DNA of 52,757 bases from Escherichia phage vB_EcoM_SD350: the sequence record OR911937.1; one strand, 5' to 3'. Below the pieces are notes generated by a model that made no database searches, was not told where the DNA came from, and saw nothing but the letters and a program-made list of their open reading frames with translations. Shown piece after piece: positions 38,375-45,777 of the stretch (the first letter of the stretch is position 1; every line of letters begins with the position of its first letter). The position numbers and the translations under genes are program-made.

Positions 38375-38967
38375 TAAAACAGTTCCTTTTGAGCCGGGTT
38401 AACGTGTGCGTCGATGATGGACTGGATGTCAGGTGCTTTCCACCCTTCAGGCTTAACAATATCCTGACCAGACTTATGCTTGCTGTTGCTTGCATCAGGC
38501 TTAGCGCGTTCTTTCGCCATGTTAGCAGCCTGTACCGCATCCCATGCTGCGTCAAGTGGCCAGTTATTGTTTGCACACCAGGTAATCAGGTGGATAATTA
38601 ACTGGGCCAGACGGTCGCAATGAGTGTCTTCAGTATCCTTAACATATACAATAAGGCCATCAGCATCGAAACGGTCCATAAATCCGCATGGCGTAGTTAA
38701 CAGAATCGGATACTCAAATTCGTTGGTGAACCATGCAGTCTGGTCATACAAGTATAACGTACCTGCGGCAATGTAAATTAAATCTACAATACCATCTAAG
38801 AAGCCAGCTTTGTCGCCGTCCTTCTTAGCTTGTTTAATTTCTTCCATCTCCTCAATAAGACGGTCGTAACGAAGCTTGAACTCAGGTTTACCGCCTTGAC
38901 TAACAGGCTTGAGGTCAAACTTCTCATGAAAAGCGGTAACGCCTGCAGCAATTTTACTGAATCGCAT
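38374..38967 (-). CDS. MazG-like all-alpha NTP pyrophosphohydrolase
   Basis: 197 aa; acidic helix RLIEEMEEIKQA...DGIVDLIYIA typical of MazG-like pyrophosphatases; adjoins the TS-family gene. Confidence 0.5.
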   Translation of the reverse strand: MRFSKIAAGVTAFHEKFDLKPVSQGGKPEFKLRYDRLIEEMEEIKQAKKDGDKAGFLDGIVDLIYIAAGTLYLYDQTAWFTNEFEYPILLTTPCGFMDRFDADGLIVYVKDTEDTHCDRLAQLIIHLITWCANNNWPLDAAWDAVQAANMAKERAKPDASNSKHKSGQDIVKPEGWKAPDIQSIIDAHVNPAQKELF

Positions 38968-39352
38968 TTCGTAACTCCTTACAAACAGTTTCGATAAACT
39001 TACGCTTAATTTCTGTAGACCAGATAATATGACGAGCCTGTTCTAAAGTGTCCCAACGTTCTTTACCCACAGGAAAGGGAACAATGAAAAGGCCGGTACG
39101 GGATATGCGCTTGATAAACGGGAATTTACAGCGCATGGTTGTTTCAAACTTGATAAAGTTTGTTTGCACATCGCGTGTAAACTTGACCTTATCAAATTCA
39201 TGTTCAAGAGTTTGAGCAATGTTGCATACTTCCTGGAAAGAAGATGCAGGCAAGTAATCTTCGCGGCCGACGGTGTTCACGTAGTCGATTTGGCCTTCTA
39301 GTCGAAGTATCCAAATCCTGTAATAAGCTTCAGCAACACGTTGTAGATTCAT
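38954..39352 (-). CDS. hypothetical protein, coupled to the MazG-like gene
   Basis: 132-aa ORF whose stop overlaps the MazG-like start by 14 nt; first gene after the 39377-39407 promoter. Confidence 0.5.
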   Translation of the reverse strand: MNLQRVAEAYYRIWILRLEGQIDYVNTVGREDYLPASSFQEVCNIAQTLEHEFDKVKFTRDVQTNFIKFETTMRCKFPFIKRISRTGLFIVPFPVGKERWDTLEQARHIIWSTEIKRKFIETVCKELRNAIQ

Positions 39353-39376
39353 TGTATCTCTCCTCTAAAAGATAAC

Positions 39377-39407
39377 TTATTATACCACATCACTCTCTAG
39401 TGGTAAA
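39377..39407 (-). promoter_or_regulatory. leftward promoter with CCAC/GTGG inverted repeat and extended -10
   Basis: Minus strand reads TTTACCAC-N-GTGGTATAAT (TTTACC-N17-TATAAT); related copies at 42505-42533, 45745-45770, 48865-48897. Confidence 0.45.
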
Positions 39408-39432
39408 GCACTTTTTACGCTTCTGGTAAAAA

Positions 39433-39462
39433 TAAAAAGGACCAGCGTTAACTGGTCCTTTT
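39433..39462. terminator. bidirectional intrinsic terminator
   Basis: AAAAGGACCAG-cgttaa-CTGGTCCTTTT: perfect 7-bp GC-rich stem flanked by A and T runs. Confidence 0.65.
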
Positions 39463-40029
39463 GGCAGGGTGGCGTAAGGAGATACAAGGCATCGTAACTA
39501 TGCAACCAGGCAGCGCATATGAGATTGGCCAAAAGACTTACCATTTTAATCCCCGCGACGAGACGAAAGGAGGTGTTATCGAGTAGCCAATCACATATGC
39601 GTTACTTGCTGTGTGCTCTCACCGCGGAAAGTATAGAGCGTTGCACTTATCACACCGATGGAGTGGCAAAAGCACACAGCAAGTACAACCTTAGTTGTGG
39701 TGTCTTAGCACCTGAGTTATTGTGGATAACCTGCACCCGACGGGTGTCAAAAAAGATACGCCAAAACACCACAACTAAAATTGTGACCGCCGTCTACACC
39801 AGGCGCCTGGGGTCAAGGTAGCGAGCCAATACCCTTTTCAGCGTCGGAGGAATCGAACCTCACACATCACGGCTTTTACCAAATCTCGGTCAGCGAGCAG
39901 AATTGAACTGCATTCACTGGACACCCTCACTGTTTCAACACACCAGGCTTAATTGATTGTTGATAAGAAGAGAGATGTAAGGATGTCCATTGAATGCACC
40001 TCCGTAGAGGTGCGTTCAGATCAGCGCTA
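39463..40029. other. noncoding island inside the replication operon; candidate structured RNA or origin
   Basis: ~570 bp without a credible ORF; perfect 15-bp inverted repeat (39602-39616 / 39670-39684, 53-nt spacer); 12-bp palindrome CCAGGCGCCTGG (39800-39811); two T-arm-like stem-loops (~39846-39862, ~39896-39912). Confidence 0.4.
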
Positions 40030-40497
40030 TTATTCAGCAACTTCTTCGTTGTCGCCTTCGATCGCGCCAGCCAGTTTAGCAGCTTCAGCTTTAGCAGCTT
40101 CTGCTTTCTGGCGAGCTTTTTCAGCTTTCTCTTCAGCTTTGCGAATCTGCTCAGCAGCTTTCGCTTCGGCTTTTTCAGCTTTGATGCGAGCACGCTCTTC
40201 AGCTTTACGCTGTTTTTCAGCGGCTTTAGCAGCATCGCGTTCTGCTTTAGCGGTATCAACACGCTTAGCCAGAACTTTACCAGTGGCTTTACGCCAGTAG
40301 GTCAGCTGGGAAGAAACAGTACCACGGGACATTTCGGTAGTGGCAACAACTTCGTCCATAACGTCAGAGCTGGACTTGCCTTCTTCATGGGCTTTATCAG
40401 CCAGGTCCCATACATAACGTGCACCAGTACCAGCTGCCGGATACAGTACGCCGTTAACTTCTTCTTTACCAGTTACAAAAGTCAGTTTCTCGCTCAT
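40030..40497 (-). CDS. protein with Lys/Ala/Glu-rich low-complexity C-terminal tail
   Basis: Start set at MSEKL (GAGGA upstream); C-terminal ~70 aa is AKAERDAAKAAEKQRKAEERARIKAEKAEAKAAEQIRKAEEKAEKARQKAEAAKAEAAK. Confidence 0.5.
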   Translation of the reverse strand: MSEKLTFVTGKEEVNGVLYPAAGTGARYVWDLADKAHEEGKSSSDVMDEVVATTEMSRGTVSSQLTYWRKATGKVLAKRVDTAKAERDAAKAAEKQRKAEERARIKAEKAEAKAAEQIRKAEEKAEKARQKAEAAKAEAAKLAGAIEGDNEEVAE

Positions 40498-40603
40498 AAT
40501 TTTTTCCTCGTCTACAGGGCTTAATGTTTGTTCGTTACGTGAGTTAATATACGTCATTTAAAAGAGTGTGTAAACACCTTTTTTAAACTTTTTTCATTAG
40601 TGT

Positions 40604-40825
40604 CTAGAAAGGCACATCATAGTCAAAAAGTTTACATCCGGAAGACAGGACTGCCGGCGGTGGTGTTTTGCCTCCGGATAACAGGCAACCTCCTGCCTGA
40701 AAACTACGGCAGTTCGCACAGCTCATATCCTGCAAGTATATAATAAGCTGTCGGCGAACATGCCGGGGTAAAGCTTTAGCCTGGGTTGCTACCCGTTCAA
40801 ATAGTTCTCTGTCATCGAGCGCCAT
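40604..40825 (-). CDS. small Cys-containing hypothetical protein
   Basis: 73-aa ORF with CANC...C...C; overlaps the helicase 3' end by 14 nt. Confidence 0.4.
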   Translation of the reverse strand: MALDDRELFERVATQAKALPRHVRRQLIIYLQDMSCANCRSFQAGGCLLSGGKTPPPAVLSSGCKLFDYDVPF

Positions 40826-42482
40826 AACCGTTTCCCCAGTCGTAGTTCATGATTTGTGGGTAGGGTCGTTTAATCCATACCTTGATGCGCTTAGGAATAG
40901 CCAGCTCACCCTTACGGCGAATAAACTCATCGCATGTTTCAGGCGGTTCTGTTCCTGCAGCATTGCGCCACCAGGCATCTGCCATTTGCTTAGCATTGCC
41001 ATGGGCCTCTATATTTACCCATGTTGTATACACTTCCAGGTTTGAGTAGTACACAACCTTTATACTGTCTGGCCGTCCCTGCTTCTGGAATAAAGAATAG
41101 TTTACCAGCGTAACATCTTTATCCACAACACGAAGCTGACCGTTAGTCATTACCTCTTCTTCTGATGAAGTGAAGGCAATGGCAGGTCCGTTAACTGTAA
41201 ACTCAAATTCATGTCCGCACATCGGATATACACCATTCTCGTCTGGCGTACTTCCTTTAGCCGGATGCTTACACGTACGTGCGGCATAGCCACTTACCTG
41301 GTGACAGATAGGGCACTCTTTACCGCCAGGTGTTTTCTCTGACCGTTTCTTTTTCTTCTTACCAAGACGTGGCGGAACAGCCGGGTCGTCAATAGGCCCA
41401 AGGTCAATGGTGTTAGATGTGAAGTCCATAACAAGACAGTCATGCTTACCAGGCGCTGTACGTAATCCTCGACCGAGTATCTGCACCCACAAAGCAACAG
41501 ACGTGGACGGGCGCAAGATGCCGAGCATATCAATCTCAGGATAGTCAAATCCTGTCGTCAATACGTTTACGTTTACACAGACTCGTGCTCGTCCGCTTGT
41601 AAACTCTTCCAGTGTGGCTTCACGTTCTTTCTTCGTAAGACCGCCATGCACAACTACAGTCTGCCACCCTCGCAGATTAAATTCGTCTGCTATGTTGTGG
41701 GCGTGCTCAACACTTGTGGCAAATACAAGAACGTGGTTCCTGTCTTTACCGTAGTGCATCATCTCACGAATAGCCGCGACTGTTATACTATGCTGGTTGG
41801 CTACCTTCTCAAGCTCTGACGGGATGTAGTCACCCATCCTTTCGCCAACATTACTAGTGTCAATCTTGGTTAACACTTTCTTGTTGACCAGGCGTGACAG
41901 GAAGCCTTCATTTACCAGTCGGGTAAATGCGTCAGGTGTTGTAAGGTCATAACAGATGTCGGTAAATATACCACAGTCCAGCAAGTGACCACCTGCCAGG
42001 CGATACGGAGTTGCCGTAAGTCCTGTTACCTTTACCTTAGGATTAAGCTCTTTGAAGTGAGCAATAACCTTACGGTATGTTGTTTCAGACTTCTCAGGAA
42101 CAAGATGGGCTTCGTCAATGAATATAAGATTGAACTTGCCAGCTTCTTCCAGGTTCTTAATAATTGACTGTACCGACGCTACAACGATACGACCTGAAAA
42201 GTCTTTGTGTCCTGCTCCTGAAGAGTAGATAGATACTGGGGCTTGTGGCCAGTGGCGTACAATCGCTTTGGCGTCTTGTTCTACCAGCTCCTTGACGTGT
42301 GTCAATATAAGAATGCGCTGACGGGGATAGCTGGTAAGAATATCCTTCATCAGCATACCAAGCACAGGTGATTTACCTGAACCTGTCGGCATGACAATAA
42401 GTGGATTACCACTATAAGAATTGAAGTACGACCACCAGGCTGTGACCGCTTCAGTTTGGTACCAGCGAGCTTCAAAAGCCAT
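40812..42482 (-). CDS. SF2 (DEAH-type) DNA helicase with C-terminal zinc ribbon
   Basis: 556 aa; Walker A MPTGSGKS, Walker B FIDEAH, C-terminal CPICH...CKHP...MCGHE. Confidence 0.7.
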   Translation of the reverse strand: MAFEARWYQTEAVTAWWSYFNSYSGNPLIVMPTGSGKSPVLGMLMKDILTSYPRQRILILTHVKELVEQDAKAIVRHWPQAPVSIYSSGAGHKDFSGRIVVASVQSIIKNLEEAGKFNLIFIDEAHLVPEKSETTYRKVIAHFKELNPKVKVTGLTATPYRLAGGHLLDCGIFTDICYDLTTPDAFTRLVNEGFLSRLVNKKVLTKIDTSNVGERMGDYIPSELEKVANQHSITVAAIREMMHYGKDRNHVLVFATSVEHAHNIADEFNLRGWQTVVVHGGLTKKEREATLEEFTSGRARVCVNVNVLTTGFDYPEIDMLGILRPSTSVALWVQILGRGLRTAPGKHDCLVMDFTSNTIDLGPIDDPAVPPRLGKKKKKRSEKTPGGKECPICHQVSGYAARTCKHPAKGSTPDENGVYPMCGHEFEFTVNGPAIAFTSSEEEVMTNGQLRVVDKDVTLVNYSLFQKQGRPDSIKVVYYSNLEVYTTWVNIEAHGNAKQMADAWWRNAAGTEPPETCDEFIRRKGELAIPKRIKVWIKRPYPQIMNYDWGNGYGAR

Positions 42483-42504
42483 TTATCATCTCCTCATTAA
42501 CTTT

Positions 42505-42533
42505 ATATATTATACCACTTCCTTGTGGTAAAG
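42505..42533 (-). promoter_or_regulatory. leftward promoter candidate (CCAC-N6-GTGGTATAAT on the minus strand)
   Basis: Plus strand ATTATACCACTTCCTTGTGGTAAAG; minus strand reads TTTACCACaaggaaGTGGTATAAT. Confidence 0.45.
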
Positions 42534-42540
42534 TATACTT

Positions 42541-43419
42541 TTATTTTAAGGAAAGTTTAACGGGCTTCTCATCCTGCGGGAAGACATCAGCAGGGCGATA
42601 ATCATCACAAGCTGCTAATTGCTCTTCGAGTGTTTCGAGTTCTTTCTGGTGCTTGTTGCAATACCACACTTTGCCCTGAAGCGGTTTACTGTAATGGCAG
42701 GTTCTGCAGTTCCTGTCTGGCATTGCTCCTTTGTGGCACAGGTGATGGTATTCGCACATCCCTGGTTTGCACTCCCACCAAATAGGCGATTCAGAAATCT
42801 TCGGCATATCCAAACCAGATTCCGCATATACAACAGCCTCCGCTTTACTCAGTTGTATGTCGCTTTCCAGTAAGTCAATCTCGACCACCTCAAAATACAT
42901 CTCGTCGGTGTTCTTATTGATTGCGATGTACACAGCTTGATTCAGCTTAAGCTTCCGCATGTATACCTGCATCTGGGCATAGTGTACCGGCTTACTTGCT
43001 TTAACAGACTTGAGCTTGACTAACTCTTTAAACGACTTATCGCCATGCGTCTTGAATTCAGCAAGTGCCCATACGCCTTTGTATTTAATTACACAGTCAC
43101 AAGACCCAGAGAAGATGCCATTGAATTCGTGTATGCGCCACTGCTTACCAGTCTTGGGATTGACGTCCAGCACTTCGTCACATACGGAACGAAGCCACTT
43201 TACAATTCTGCTTTCTTCAAGGTTACCACGTTCAAACAGACGAAGTTGCTTAGCTGTAAACTTCTCCTTGAACGACCAGTGCAGAACGTGCCAAAGATAG
43301 CGATAGCAGTTGTGTCCTATCTGTGATGCTCCAAGATGCCCGCGTCGTTCTTCTCTTTCGTGGGCTTCAACTATCTTGATGTCAATACGTTTCTGCAGGT
43401 CGTCAAACGGACTTGGCAT
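42541..43419 (-). CDS. PD-(D/E)xK exonuclease, RecB/Cas4-like with Cys cluster
   Basis: EFK and QMQVY nuclease motifs plus C-terminal Cys cluster (CKPGMC, C, C..C); start set at MPSPFDD (GAGGAG upstream), not the track start 43536. Confidence 0.55.
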   Translation of the reverse strand: MPSPFDDLQKRIDIKIVEAHEREERRGHLGASQIGHNCYRYLWHVLHWSFKEKFTAKQLRLFERGNLEESRIVKWLRSVCDEVLDVNPKTGKQWRIHEFNGIFSGSCDCVIKYKGVWALAEFKTHGDKSFKELVKLKSVKASKPVHYAQMQVYMRKLKLNQAVYIAINKNTDEMYFEVVEIDLLESDIQLSKAEAVVYAESGLDMPKISESPIWWECKPGMCEYHHLCHKGAMPDRNCRTCHYSKPLQGKVWYCNKHQKELETLEEQLAACDDYRPADVFPQDEKPVKLSLK

Positions 43420-43888
43420 TGTTAAACTCCTCAACGCTGAATTCATCGTACACAATATTATGAGCCCACAAGTGAGCGACGGCATTTGCCATGCTGTCCT
43501 TCCATTTGGATTGAGAAGCGGTATGTGCCAATGCAACTACACGTACCAGGTTAAGGTTGGCTATCAGCATGTCAGCACAATGTTCGCACGGCGGGTAGGT
43601 TATGTAGATGGTAACCGGGCCTAAAGAAGGAGTGTCTAACTCACTCCTTATGTTAGCTAAGGTGTTTATCTCGCTATGAATAGTTAGAGCGTTCTTAAGG
43701 CTATTAGGCACTATTCTTATAGAGTCTAGCTGCGTAGGTAGACCGTTATATCCAGTGGAAATGATACGCTTGTTCTGGTCCACAAGAACGCTACCGACTT
43801 GACGTTTAGGGTCCTTCGACCAGCTCGCAACTTCACAAGCTATGCGCATAAACCGCCTATCCCACTTGTCCATCTTCTTCTTTTGCAT
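43403..43888 (-). CDS. dCMP deaminase-family zinc deaminase
   Basis: 161 aa; HSE and PCEHC zinc-binding motifs of the cytidine/dCMP deaminase fold. Confidence 0.65.
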   Translation of the reverse strand: MQKKKMDKWDRRFMRIACEVASWSKDPKRQVGSVLVDQNKRIISTGYNGLPTQLDSIRIVPNSLKNALTIHSEINTLANIRSELDTPSLGPVTIYITYPPCEHCADMLIANLNLVRVVALAHTASQSKWKDSMANAVAHLWAHNIVYDEFSVEEFNNAKSV

Positions 43889-43910
43889 GGTAGTCTCCGT
43901 ATACGAAAAT

Positions 43911-43926
43911 AGGGGCCGAAGCCCCT
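43911..43926 (-). other. intercistronic GC hairpin with UUCG tetraloop, second copy
   Basis: AGGGGC-cgaa-GCCCCT; on the transcript followed by AUUUUCG and a GGAGAC ribosome-binding site before the deaminase ATG. Confidence 0.45.
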
Positions 43927-43949
43927 ATTGAATATCTACTCGGCAGGGA

Positions 43950-44495
43950 TTATTCTTCCCAAGGAGCTGCTGCACCGTCGTCAGCACCAGGTGCCGTTGC
44001 AGTAGCACTCGCCTTCGTTGAAGTACCCGCACCTGCACCTACTTTCTTCGTCGTCGATGCAGTTGCTTGAGAATGACCACCTACTGCAGTAGTTGCTTCA
44101 GTTGACGCTTTGTATTCGCGAATATCGTTCTGCGGATCGTATTCACCGGTCTTGTCGATACGAACACCAACTTTACCAGCTACAATACGGTTTTCCAGTA
44201 AGTCGGTAGAAGTCAGCTCAACAATACCCAGCGCACGACACAACGCAGACAGTTTGCGATGACCGATTTCAACAGCTTGCGCATTAGGGTTGGAGTAGGT
44301 AATCATGTCAAATACAACACGGTTAGCGAACTCACCTTCCTGCACTTTCAGACGCAGGGACAGGTAAGAACCAGTGCCTGCTTTAGTCGGCTTCAGCTCA
44401 ACCTCTTCAATCATGAAGTTGTACCAGCCTTTCGGGATCGGGTCAAAAGACTGTTGCGGTTCGACGGTAGAGCTGTTGAAGTTTAATTCAGCCAT
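43950..44495 (-). CDS. hypothetical protein, possible ssDNA-binding partner of the ATPase
   Basis: 181 aa, beta-rich N-terminal domain plus Ala/Thr/Gly-rich acidic tail ending PWEE; family guess (DUF669-like) from memory. Confidence 0.4.
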   Translation of the reverse strand: MAELNFNSSTVEPQQSFDPIPKGWYNFMIEEVELKPTKAGTGSYLSLRLKVQEGEFANRVVFDMITYSNPNAQAVEIGHRKLSALCRALGIVELTSTDLLENRIVAGKVGVRIDKTGEYDPQNDIREYKASTEATTAVGGHSQATASTTKKVGAGAGTSTKASATATAPGADDGAAAPWEE

Positions 44496-44602
44496 TGTTT
44501 GGTATCCTGTTTAAGTTTAGTTTAATTTCGTTTAACGCTTTACCGGCAGCGTTCGGCCGTGATGCTTATTATACGCCACTTTTTATCATGGCGTAAACAC
44601 TT

Positions 44603-45487
44603 TTATTCGCTGGTTCCTTTCTCAGCTTGAGCGGCTTTCTTCGCCATCCAGGCTTGGTGCTTATCTTTCGATTCGTCCGAACCGATTTTAGTGAGTTGCA
44701 CGTTCGGGTCGTCGTTCTGCATCTGTTCTGCAGCTCGACCTGTCAGAAGCAGGTAGCTGTCTGACTCCGGATGGTAGTACCACAGCTGGTAAGGATGATA
44801 ACCTTGCAGCTTGTCATAAATCCAGCCCAGGTCTGCAGGTTCACGTGCATCCAGTTCACGGCCTGGTGCGTTACGGCACTTAGCTTCCCATTGGTAGTCT
44901 GGTTGTGTCTGGATGTAGCGCTCGCTATTACCATTGGCGTCAGGCGCAGTCATACGTAAAGCAAGTACAGCATCCATAAGATACGGCAGTTGTTTAGGTA
45001 GCTGCTGGCCAGGCATGAGAGGTGAATACAACATTGCACCAGTAACCTCGTCCTTGTTCTTCTCAAGCTTGCAAAGGTATGCAACGCTGAAAGGCAAGTC
45101 ACGGAACTGACGCATGATATACATCATCTTGTCGTTGGTATTACCATAAGCCTGTCGTTTGTCGTTGACCTGCGACTTCTCATAGTCCAGACAAACTTCA
45201 GCAACGTCCGATAGTGAGTCGAAAATAAGATGCTCGTACTTCTGCGCATCCTTACTTTCGGTAAGCCATTTGTATAGCGCCAGAATGTCGTTGAACGTAT
45301 TGATTGGCGTAGAGTCGATGTCAGCATCTGCAATCGACATCAAACCGCCTTCAGCGTTAATGACAAGAACCTTATCGTGAGGCAAGGTCTTAGCCAGGCT
45401 GGTTTTACCAACACCTGATGCGCCGTAAATAGCGACCTTAGGTCGCTTATTTTCTACGGCTTGTTTAGTAGATACAATCTGAACCAT
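44603..45487 (-). CDS. Sak4-like RecA-fold ATPase (recombination)
   Basis: 294 aa; Walker A VAIYGASGVGKTS near the N-terminus, Walker B-like LIFDSLSD. Confidence 0.55.
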   Translation of the reverse strand: MVQIVSTKQAVENKRPKVAIYGASGVGKTSLAKTLPHDKVLVINAEGGLMSIADADIDSTPINTFNDILALYKWLTESKDAQKYEHLIFDSLSDVAEVCLDYEKSQVNDKRQAYGNTNDKMMYIMRQFRDLPFSVAYLCKLEKNKDEVTGAMLYSPLMPGQQLPKQLPYLMDAVLALRMTAPDANGNSERYIQTQPDYQWEAKCRNAPGRELDAREPADLGWIYDKLQGYHPYQLWYYHPESDSYLLLTGRAAEQMQNDDPNVQLTKIGSDESKDKHQAWMAKKAAQAEKGTSE

Positions 45488-45717
45488 TAATGATAGTCCT
45501 CGTAAAGTGATTCTTCATCGCAGTACATACGATAAAGAGCTTCTTCGGCTTCTGCCAGGGTGTCAAACTCCTCGCCACAGACGGAGTATTTTGTGGGTTC
45601 ATCGAATGACTCGACGATGTGCCAGTCATGATGAATACCATATGTCCACAAGTCGCAGTCATCTTTTGCAACAAGCTTACGTGTGGAACGAAATTGTGCT
45701 AGAGTATTGATGCTCAT
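45487..45717 (-). CDS. hypothetical small protein
   Basis: Start set at MSINT (AGGAGAGAG upstream) rather than track start 45756; promoter-like motif at 45745-45770. Confidence 0.4.
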   Translation of the reverse strand: MSINTLAQFRSTRKLVAKDDCDLWTYGIHHDWHIVESFDEPTKYSVCGEEFDTLAEAEEALYRMYCDEESLYEDYH

Positions 45718-45777
45718 ATTCTCTCTCCTCATGTGTATAGAGGTATTATACACCACTTACATGGGGTAAGTACACTA

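Noticed and set aside
39519-39821. 100-aa plus-strand ORF inside the noncoding island
   Set aside because: No ribosome-binding site, opposite to the surrounding operon, and it spans the 15-bp inverted repeat and palindrome; more likely an accidental open frame.
39839-39915. Possible tRNA gene on the minus strand, suggested by T-arm-like motifs (GGAGG-aatcgaa-CCTCA and AGCAG-aattgaa-CTGCA on the plus strand)
   Set aside because: I could not build a cloverleaf by hand: no complementary 7-bp acceptor stem at the expected distance, no convincing anticodon or D arm, and only 4 bp pair in each T-like stem. Left as part of the noncoding-island finding; needs tRNAscan-SE or ARAGORN.
39953-40524. Plus-strand ORFs (115 and 176 aa) with Ser/Ala/Phe-rich low-complexity translations
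   Set aside because: They are the antisense reading of the repetitive GCAGCTTT-type DNA that encodes the Lys/Ala/Glu tail of the minus-strand gene 40030-40497.
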